This document shows positions 16,829 through 23,654 of a stretch of DNA of 34,882 nt, one piece after another. A program made the position numbers and the translations under genes. The notes beneath the pieces were generated by a model. That model saw only the letters and a program-made list of their open reading frames with translations, was not told where the DNA came from and made no database searches. Where the stretch lies: contig JAPLCH010000237.1 in NCBI GenBank assembly GCA_026392325.1, positions 1 through 34,882 of the forward strand, in the 5' to 3' direction. This stretch comes from Solirubrobacterales bacterium (lineage in GTDB: Bacteria; Actinomycetota; Thermoleophilia; Solirubrobacterales; Solirubrobacteraceae). Numbering within the stretch: the first letter of the stretch is position 1; each line of letters starts with the position of its first letter.

Positions 16829-18195
16829 CAGCCTGGGAGCACCTGGTTGGGGTCACAGCCGGTGGCGCCGCCACTCAAGAACGGCCATGTCATGCCGGTT
16901 GGGGCTGCTGCCGCAGCACCTGGGCACCGCTTGTTGTTGCCCGTTCCGTGACCGCCGAACGCCGCGTCCTCGTAGATCGAAAGTCGCTTGTCGGCGTCAA
17001 GAACGTCAAGCGCCTGGGTTCCGCTGTCGTACTTGTAAGCGTTGAAGGCCGGGGATACGCGGGCGTAGTGACCGTTTGAATCATAGAAAGCTGTCGCCTG
17101 ACCGAACTCACGGACCCAACCGACCAAGTCAACTGTGTACGGACGGGCAAACTCAATTGTGTCCTGTCCCTTTTGCAGTGCGTTGATGCTCTCCGGGAAG
17201 GACGAGTGAGTGTTGTCATTTGCCAGCGCCTGAAGGACGGGAGCATTTACGAATGTGTCGATCAGGTCATTGTTGGAACCCTTGGAGTAGATCATCGTCG
17301 CGAGGGTGCTCAGCACTGGCACAGCCCTTGACGCTGCTGGCCGCAGGGCGGTCAGGAACCCGGCCAGGCCGACAGTATTTGGCTTGGAAACGTCTACGAG
17401 TGACTGGACTGAGTCAAGGGTGCCCCGCAGGTCAACGAAGGTCGAGTTCGCCCTTCGAAGAGTGGCTGGAAGGATTGCAAGTGCTTGCGAGAAAGAGGAG
17501 TTCTCAGCTGCGATTGACCCAGCGAACTGGTTCGTATTCTGGACTGCGGAGGAGAGATCATCTCGGCGTGAGGCGATCGCCTTCATTGCTCCAGCCGTCG
17601 CTGTTACTGCTGTGCTTAGCGCTGGCTGGTCGTCTGAAAGCTGGCTGAATACATCAGATGATGTTGAGAGCGCAGGGTTGAAGTAGTAAGCGGAAAGGTT
17701 GGCCTGGGCAACTTTGCCCTTGTACCAATCGCCTTGACCGCGGATGAACCCTGCGAGTCCAGTTCGGGTTGGAGCGTCAAGCGTGTCGAATATCTGGTCA
17801 AGGTCAACAACGGAAGTTGTGTGGTCTTGAGTGATCGTTCCGTTGTCTGGAATCTTGGCGTTGCTGTTGGGTCCGAGAGTCAGCTGGATGTAACGGTTTG
17901 CCACACCAGACAGGGATGTAAGACGCACAACCGCGCTTGTCCCCTCGTGGAGTGGAGCAAACTCGTCGTCAACGGAGATGTCAACTGCAGCCTGATTCTC
18001 TTTGGTCAGTGAAATGGCTTCAACGGACCCAACTCCGTGGCCTCCAACCTGCACTTCATCGCCCTTGACTAGCTGTCCTGCCGTCTGGAAAAGCACCCGA
18101 TATTGGTGTCCTCCACCCCCACCAAGCAGCACAAAAGCGAGCACGAGCACCGCCGCACCGAGCGCACCAACAGCTGCTCCGCGGGCGAGCGACAT
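16828..18195 (-). CDS. mceA: Mce-family (MlaD-domain) protein, first in operon
   Basis: TM helix (AAVGALGAAVLVLAFVLLG) and the MCE core GQLVKGDEVQVGGHGVGSVEAISL...VRLTSLSGVANRYIQL. It starts 2 nt after the ATPase stop. Confidence 0.9.
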   Translation of the reverse strand: MSLARGAAVGALGAAVLVLAFVLLGGGGGHQYRVLFQTAGQLVKGDEVQVGGHGVGSVEAISLTKENQAAVDISVDDEFAPLHEGTSAVVRLTSLSGVANRYIQLTLGPNSNAKIPDNGTITQDHTTSVVDLDQIFDTLDAPTRTGLAGFIRGQGDWYKGKVAQANLSAYYFNPALSTSSDVFSQLSDDQPALSTAVTATAGAMKAIASRRDDLSSAVQNTNQFAGSIAAENSSFSQALAILPATLRRANSTFVDLRGTLDSVQSLVDVSKPNTVGLAGFLTALRPAASRAVPVLSTLATMIYSKGSNNDLIDTFVNAPVLQALANDNTHSSFPESINALQKGQDTIEFARPYTVDLVGWVREFGQATAFYDSNGHYARVSPAFNAYKYDSGTQALDVLDADKRLSIYEDAAFGGHGTGNNKRCPGAAAAAPTGMTWPFLSGGATGCDPNQVLPG

Positions 18196-18197
18196 CC

Positions 18198-19013
18198 TTA
18201 CTCCATCCCCAACGGACCCTGTGACTCGCCTGACAGGAACTGCCTAACGAACGGGTTTGAGGATTCGAAAAGGTCGGTTGCAGCACCAGACTCGACGATC
18301 TGGCCACGCCAGAGAACGGCGATGTATTCAGCTACCCGACGGGCCGAGGCAATGTCATGGGTAATGACGACGTAGGCGCCGCCATTTTCAGCATGGATTT
18401 CCTGAATCAGCTCGCACAGAAGAGCTGTACGGACAGGATCCAAGCCGGAGTCTGGCTCGTCGAAGAGCACGATGTCAGGGTCAAGAACGAGTGCCCTCGC
18501 GAAGCCTGCACGCTTGCGCATGCCGCCTGAGAGTTCGTTTGGCATCTTGTCATTCGCGTCTCCCAAACCGACTTCGTCAAGGCGCTGATTGACAATGTGC
18601 GCGATTTCGTCTTCGCCCTTGTCGGTGTGCTGCCTAAGTGGGAATGCGACATTGTCATAGAGGTTCATCGAGCCAAACAGGGCTCCGTCCTGGAAGAGGA
18701 CGCCAAACTTCTTGCGCATCTCGAAAAGGTCGTCATCTGGCATGGACTGAACCGACTGGCCATGTACGAGGACATCACCGTCATCTGGGTACAAAAGGCC
18801 GACCATGTGCTTGATGCACACGGACTTACCAGTGCCCGATGGCCCCAGAATCATTGAGATTTGTCCCTCAGGCAGCGCCATGTCAAGTCCGTTCAGGACC
18901 TGGTTGCGGCCGAAGGCCTTCTTTACGCCGATGAACTCAATTGCAGCGTTTTCAACGGCAGTGGTTTTACCCGTGTGCCATTCAAATTCGTCTGTTGACT
19001 TGTCAGTTTCCAT
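18198..19013 (-). CDS. mceG: ABC ATPase of the MlaF/MceG (Mkl) type
   Basis: Walker A GPSGTGKS, Q-loop FQDGALF, signature LSGGMRKRAGFARAL, Walker B IVLFDEPDSGLDP and H-loop VITHD are all present. Confidence 0.95.
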   Translation of the reverse strand: METDKSTDEFEWHTGKTTAVENAAIEFIGVKKAFGRNQVLNGLDMALPEGQISMILGPSGTGKSVCIKHMVGLLYPDDGDVLVHGQSVQSMPDDDLFEMRKKFGVLFQDGALFGSMNLYDNVAFPLRQHTDKGEDEIAHIVNQRLDEVGLGDANDKMPNELSGGMRKRAGFARALVLDPDIVLFDEPDSGLDPVRTALLCELIQEIHAENGGAYVVITHDIASARRVAEYIAVLWRGQIVESGAATDLFESSNPFVRQFLSGESQGPLGME

Positions 19014-19016
19014 CCT

Positions 19017-19814
19017 CTATCCCCCGATCGGTGCGCGCGGATTGGCGCCCCAGAAGAGCTGTGTTCCCAGCATTCCTATTACGTGAACCAAAACAATGTT
19101 TAGAACCATGGACTTCGCCGTCGCGGTACCAACCCCTACTGGCCCACCACTGGCGTTGTAACCGTAGTAACAGCCGACCAGAACGATCGCCGTCGCCATA
19201 CACATTCCCTTTATGACGCTGTAGAGAAGATCCGGCGGATTCTGGAACATCCAGAAGATCAGCTGGTAGCCACCCGATGACACTTCGCCGATCTGCTGGA
19301 CCACGGCCAGGTAACTGGCTAGGAATCCTGCGCCGACGCCGCTGAGGTAAACGAATGGAAGGACCATCCATGCGGCAAGAAGCTTCGTTGAGCAGAGGAA
19401 TGTCATGGATGGAACGCCCATTACCTCGAGCGCGTCAATCTCATCGCTGATCCGCATGGAGCCAAGCTCAGCCACGATTCCCGTGCCTACCTTGGCGGAC
19501 ATCATGTAGCCGAACGAGTATGGAACAAGCTCTCGAAGGTCACACCATGCGGCGAAAACGCCTGCGTACGCCGGAGAACCGACGGATCGGTTGAAGTAAG
19601 CACCCTCGATGCCGCACTGCAGCCCAATGATGAAAATCAGGCTCCAAATGACGATCGTGGAAGAAAGAATCAGAATTCCGGCCTGGCGGAGCGATTCTCC
19701 GAAGTACTTGAAGACCTTGAGGCTGTAGACCTCACCCATGATCCGCCCACAGAAGCGGAGCAGAACGCCCGTTGACTCAAGCCAACTATTTCCCTTGGTG
19801 TTGATTGCACTCAT
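19017..19814 (-). CDS. yrbEB: MlaE/YrbE-family ABC permease (second copy)
   Basis: A multi-TM protein with the MlaE-type segment MMSAKVGTGIVAELGSMRISDEIDALEVMGV. An ATGA overlap joins it to the upstream permease (19811-19814). Confidence 0.9.
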   Translation of the reverse strand: MSAINTKGNSWLESTGVLLRFCGRIMGEVYSLKVFKYFGESLRQAGILILSSTIVIWSLIFIIGLQCGIEGAYFNRSVGSPAYAGVFAAWCDLRELVPYSFGYMMSAKVGTGIVAELGSMRISDEIDALEVMGVPSMTFLCSTKLLAAWMVLPFVYLSGVGAGFLASYLAVVQQIGEVSSGGYQLIFWMFQNPPDLLYSVIKGMCMATAIVLVGCYYGYNASGGPVGVGTATAKSMVLNIVLVHVIGMLGTQLFWGANPRAPIGG

Positions 19815-20587
19815 CGGATCACCTGGATTTCAGGATGTGTTGCCAAGAGTGTCTGCGTGAATACGTAGTTGAAAGCGAAGATTCCGAGGAAGGCGATCAC
19901 CACTGCCTGGTTGACCGCGCGGCCTACTCCTTCAGCACCACCAGATGCAGTCATGCCCTTGTAACAGCAGACGATCGCGATAATCGCGCCGAAGAGAGTG
20001 CACTTGACGACTGAGCCCCAAAGGTCAACCGTTGAGGCGTTGGTGAAGAACGTGGCCCAGAACGGTCCGAGCGGGGCTCCGTTCACGAGCGTGGCAATGA
20101 TTCCGCCGGAGATGCCGAAGATCAGTGCGTATACGTCGAACAATCCCGTGACGAGCATCAGGGCAAGGAAGCGTGGCACCACAAGGTTCTTGATCGGGTC
20201 AACGCCAAGGACCTGAAGGGCGTCAAGTTCTTCCCTGATCTTTCGGGCTCCAAGGTCTGCGGTGATGGCGGTGCCGGCGACACCCGCGAGCACGATCGCC
20301 GTCACGGTTGGTGCGAACTCGCGGATTGATGCGAGAACAAAGAAACCGCCAAGGCGGTCAATTGCGCCGAAGAGGACAAGGAAGTTGGAGGCCTGGAGGC
20401 CTGGGGCTCCGTAACCGAAGGCCACGGTCGAAATGAGCAGTGGGAACCAGCAGAGCTTCAGTGCAAAGAGGAACTGGCTGACAAACTCTCCGCCGTATGG
20501 GTACGGAGGCCTGAGCGCGCTGACAAGCGTCTTTCCTGTCAAAATAACCATGTCGCCAGCCTCCTCCAAGAGGTTTTTGGCCGGCAT
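19811..20587 (-). CDS. yrbEA: MlaE/YrbE-family ABC permease (first copy)
   Basis: I trimmed the ORF 19811..20803 to ATG 20587 (MPAKNLLEEAGDMVILTGKTL...), where the permease-like sequence begins. It contains TAITADLGARKIREELDALQVLGVDP. The 72 upstream codons look non-coding (GQGQG from a hexamer repeat). Confidence 0.88.
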   Translation of the reverse strand: MPAKNLLEEAGDMVILTGKTLVSALRPPYPYGGEFVSQFLFALKLCWFPLLISTVAFGYGAPGLQASNFLVLFGAIDRLGGFFVLASIREFAPTVTAIVLAGVAGTAITADLGARKIREELDALQVLGVDPIKNLVVPRFLALMLVTGLFDVYALIFGISGGIIATLVNGAPLGPFWATFFTNASTVDLWGSVVKCTLFGAIIAIVCCYKGMTASGGAEGVGRAVNQAVVIAFLGIFAFNYVFTQTLLATHPEIQVIR

Positions 20588-20627
20588 TAATGCTCTTTCG
20601 CCTACGGATGGCACCCTAAATCTCTCT

Positions 20628-20645
20628 CCCTGTCCCTGTCCCTGA
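20628..20645. repeat. Tandem hexamer repeat CCCTGT-CCCTGT-CCCTGA in the mce operon upstream region
   Basis: Read directly from the sequence. The three consecutive hexamers lie 41-58 nt upstream of the yrbEA ATG. Confidence 0.6.
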
Positions 20646-20832
20646 TTCCCGCAGCCCGGTTGGCTGCAGTACGGGGGCCTTGAACTGTACCCCCGAGGAG
20701 TGTTCGCCGCCAACCGGTGCACACCCTCTTTCTCATTGTGGCGCGAATCGAACCGGATTACGGCAGTAGAGATTCCAAGCTGGCGCCCAACCGCGCGGTG
20801 CATGTGGCCTTCGGTGGTACGCTGCCGCGGCT

Positions 20833-21462
20833 GTGGGGAGTCGACTTACAACCATCGTTGTGATCTGTGGTTCATTGAGCCTGAGCCTTACTGCGTGCGG
20901 TGGCTCCAACTCTGGGGCCAACCAGTCGAAGGCCGATGGGACTTACAGCGTCTCACTGGTCACCAAGTCATTTCCAAAGATCCAGCGTCTTGACAAGGGG
21001 GCCGTTCTTCGGCTTTCCGTTCTCAATGATGGCAACCGGGCAATCCCGGATGTGACTGTGACGCTGACTACAGGTGCTGATGGAACGAGCGTTCCAGCAT
21101 TCGCGAGACTCGACATGCAGCCAGGGCTTGCTGAACACTTCAAGCCCGTTTGGATTCTTGACCTTGGGCCCGTTAACGGTGATACAGCGCTTGCCAACTC
21201 ATGGAGCCTTGGCAACCTGGCTCCAGGGCGGACCGCGAACTTCATTTGGCATGTACACCCCGTAATTGGTGGGCCGCACGTGCTGAACTGGAAGGTTGCT
21301 CCTGCGATGCTCGGCGGGAGTGCTGTCTTGAGCGATGGTGGGCCTGCCCAAGGGTTGCTTCCCGCCGTGATAGAGACGAAAGCGCCCTCCGCGACCGTCA
21401 AGAAGAACGGACTTGTCGCGAAGGACTATTCGACCAAGAAAGTCTCACCGGGCTCCAACTAG
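20833..21462 (+). CDS. Hypothetical lipoprotein with beta-sandwich-like (CARDB-like) composition
   Basis: GTG start and a signal peptide with lipobox SLSLTAC. The segment LRLSVLNDGNRAIPDVTVTLTT...LAPGRTANFIWHV resembles CARDB-type adhesion-fold repeats. It is divergent from the mce operon. Confidence 0.7.
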   Translation: MGSRLTTIVVICGSLSLSLTACGGSNSGANQSKADGTYSVSLVTKSFPKIQRLDKGAVLRLSVLNDGNRAIPDVTVTLTTGADGTSVPAFARLDMQPGLAEHFKPVWILDLGPVNGDTALANSWSLGNLAPGRTANFIWHVHPVIGGPHVLNWKVAPAMLGGSAVLSDGGPAQGLLPAVIETKAPSATVKKNGLVAKDYSTKKVSPGSN

Positions 21463-21476
21463 AAAGTTGGGGAGGT

Positions 21477-21510
21477 GAGGGTGACGGAACCCCCCGGCAC
21501 CGTCACCCTC
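21477..21510. terminator. Bidirectional stem-loop terminator between lipoprotein gene and glnK
   Basis: GAGGGTGACGG (21477-21487) and CCGTCACCCTC (21500-21510) form a perfect 11-bp stem with a 12-nt loop. It lies between the convergent stops at 21462 (+) and 21541 (-). Confidence 0.6.
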
Positions 21511-21540
21511 AATTGCTGCCCCCGGCGTTTCAGCCGTTTT

Positions 21541-21903
21541 CTAAGCGTCGGACTCTGCGTGAACCTGCAGCGTTTCCTCTCCGGACTCTCCAGTCCGAAT
21601 TCGGTATGACTGCTCAACGGGCATCACGAAGATCTTCCCGTCACCCACGTTGCCAGTGCGCGCGTGCTTGAGGATCGCGTCAACGATCGTCTGCACATCA
21701 CCGTCTGAGACCGTGCACTCAAGCTTGATCTTTGGTCTGAGGTAGTTAGTCACCGATGCACCTCGATAGTGCTCGGTTATCCCCTTCTGCCTCCCGGACC
21801 CTTTCACCTCACTGATGGAGAGTGAGGGGAATCCGAGGTGGAGCAGATCCTCACGGATTGGTTCGAACGCCTCGTGCCTTATGTATGCGACGACCATTTT
21901 CAT
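21541..21903 (-). CDS. glnK: PII nitrogen regulatory protein (GlnK type, atypical T-loop)
   Basis: It aligns without gaps to PII: T-loop GSGRQKGITEHYRGASV, B-loop TGNVGDGKIFV and C-terminal RIRTGE. A 4-nt overlap joins it to the upstream amt gene (21900-21903). Confidence 0.93.
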   Translation of the reverse strand: MKMVVAYIRHEAFEPIREDLLHLGFPSLSISEVKGSGRQKGITEHYRGASVTNYLRPKIKLECTVSDGDVQTIVDAILKHARTGNVGDGKIFVMPVEQSYRIRTGESGEETLQVHAESDA

Positions 21904-23474
21904 GCTGTTACCTCCGGGTCAGATACGGGCCCTGTGCCAAAGCGGTCCAGGGCTGGGATTGCGCCATAGCCGGTCAGTTCAGCCGCGGGGATGAACTGCT
22001 CGGGGTAGCCGTACATTCCGTGCTCGCTGATGTCGAGTCCGGCGTTCTCTTCCGCTGCTGTTACGCGGAGGCCGTATGTCTTCTTGATCACCCAGAAGGT
22101 GAGGAAGGACATGATGAATACGAACGTGAAGGCAACTGCCACAGTGAACGCCTGGGCGATCAGCTGCTTGAACGAACCGCTGTACCAGAGGCCACCCGCC
22201 GGGTCACCCCATGCGTTGTACTTGGCGAGCGCAGGCACTGTGAAGATGCCGCAGGCCAGGGTTCCCCAGATGCCGGCGAGTCCGTGTGCTGAAAGCGCAC
22301 CGACGGGATCGTCGATCTTCTTGTCAATGGCGTAGACGCCAAGGACCACGATCACTCCACCAACAGCACCGATGATCGGCGCGGCCCAGAGGGCCACATA
22401 GCCGGAGCCGGCGGTGATCGCAACGAGTGCGGCGATCATGCCGTTGCCTGCCATGCCGATGTCGATCTTGCCCGTCTTGAGCTTCGCGACAAGCAGTGCG
22501 GCAAGGGTGCCGGCTGCTGCAGCGAACATCGTGATCATCACGACTTCAGGGAAGCGACCGTCAATTGCCATCAGGGTTGAGCCGCCGTTGAAGCCGACCC
22601 AGCCGATCAGCAGGATGATCACTCCAAGCCCGAAGAGCGGCATGTTGTGACCTGGAATTGCGCGTGGCTTGCCGTCCGTGCCGTACTTGCCGCGCCGTGG
22701 CCCGAGCAGCAGCAGCGCTGCAAGTGCGCCGGTCGCGCCGATCAGATGGACCGCTGTGGAACCAGCGAAGTCCTGCACGCCTACAAGGCCCAGGCCGAAA
22801 GCGTCCCCAGCCTGGAGGAAGCCGCCACCGAACACCCAGTGAGCAGCTACTGGGTAGATGACCCCTGCGAAAACGACGGCGTAGATGATGTAAGCACCGA
22901 ACTTGATGCGCTCAAGCGTTGTTCCCCAAACGATCGCCAGCGACACCGCGCAGAACGAGAACTGGAAGAGGAACTTCGATGGAACGGTTGCTGAGGAGAA
23001 TGACATTGCACCGAAAGTGCCTTGCCATGCATCCGCAAAGCCACCGCTTGGAATCCCACCAGCAAGGTCTGGCATGTTGAAGAACCAACCGCCTGACTGA
23101 GTGAAGAGCCCGCTCGAGTTACCGAAGTACTTGCCGTTACCGAACGCGAGGGCGAATCCGCAGATCCACCACATGAACGCGGCAATCGAGAAGTTCGTCA
23201 GGATCTTCGCGACGATCGTGCCGACATTCTTGCCACGGGAGAAGCCAATCTCCAACAAGGCAAACCCTGCCTGCATGAAGATCACGAGTGTGGCTGCGAT
23301 CACCACCCACAGGGTGTTGATTGATGACCCGACATTGAAGTCGGATGGGACGGCGCTGGCGTCATGCGCCATGGTCGGCGGCTTGACAGCATCGGCTGCA
23401 AAGCCAACCGCGGGAAGTACAAGTAGTGCGCCAAGTGCCGCTAGGGCAAACAGCGCAATTCGTTTGCTGCTCAT
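21900..23474 (-). CDS. amtB: Ammonium transporter (Amt family) with N-terminal signal peptide
   Basis: Amt-type segments include LWVVIAATLVIFMQAGFALLEIG, DFAGSTAVHLIGATGALA, GWVGFNGGS and VGALSAHGLAGIWGTL. An AGGAGG SD precedes the ATG at 23474. Confidence 0.95.
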   Translation of the reverse strand: MSSKRIALFALAALGALLVLPAVGFAADAVKPPTMAHDASAVPSDFNVGSSINTLWVVIAATLVIFMQAGFALLEIGFSRGKNVGTIVAKILTNFSIAAFMWWICGFALAFGNGKYFGNSSGLFTQSGGWFFNMPDLAGGIPSGGFADAWQGTFGAMSFSSATVPSKFLFQFSFCAVSLAIVWGTTLERIKFGAYIIYAVVFAGVIYPVAAHWVFGGGFLQAGDAFGLGLVGVQDFAGSTAVHLIGATGALAALLLLGPRRGKYGTDGKPRAIPGHNMPLFGLGVIILLIGWVGFNGGSTLMAIDGRFPEVVMITMFAAAAGTLAALLVAKLKTGKIDIGMAGNGMIAALVAITAGSGYVALWAAPIIGAVGGVIVVLGVYAIDKKIDDPVGALSAHGLAGIWGTLACGIFTVPALAKYNAWGDPAGGLWYSGSFKQLIAQAFTVAVAFTFVFIMSFLTFWVIKKTYGLRVTAAEENAGLDISEHGMYGYPEQFIPAAELTGYGAIPALDRFGTGPVSDPEVTA

Positions 23475-23563
23475 TCTTCCTCCTTTAGGGAGAGGGGGTT
23501 AGGGGCGTGGTTACTGAGTACGCCTCGCATCCTGTCTGTCCAATGGGAGAAGGTCATGGAGGC

Positions 23564-23597
23564 AAGGCGCTTCTACGCTTCGCCTTAATACCGCTTC
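23564..23597. promoter_or_regulatory. Candidate operator in the amtB / glnN divergent control region
   Basis: There is an inverted repeat AAGGCG (23564-23569) / CGCCTT (23581-23586), plus three direct CGCTTC hexamers at 23568, 23576 and 23592 (8-nt and 16-nt spacing). I recognise no known consensus. Confidence 0.3.
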
Positions 23598-23654
23598 AGT
23601 GGCCCTTGGTCGCGCCGGCACCCCGACAGACAACAATCAGGAGGAACCCCCGAA

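Noticed and set aside
20740-20787. tRNA-like T-loop motif (minus strand GGTTCGATTCGCGCCA) upstream of the mce operon
   Set aside because: The flanking bases do not form a T-stem. The candidate acceptor pairing encloses only about 48 nt, and no D arm or anticodon arm can be drawn. It is not a tRNA or a tRNA 3' fragment of att-site length. I kept it only as an interrupted inverted repeat.
20588-20803. 72-codon N-terminal extension of yrbEA in the ORF track
   Set aside because: The permease-like sequence starts at MPAKNLLEE (ATG 20587). The extension translates the hexamer repeat as GQGQG and has no hydrophobic or family-like features.
23475-23654. Search for GlnR (gTnAc-n6-GaAAc), AmtR (CTAT-n6-ATAG) or NtcA (GTA-n8-TAC) boxes in the amtB/glnN intergenic region
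   Set aside because: I found only partial half-site matches, for example GTTAC at about 23507 and GTAAC-n7-CTAAC on the opposite strand. None has the correct spacing and both half-sites. This needs a matrix scan and cannot be claimed by eye.
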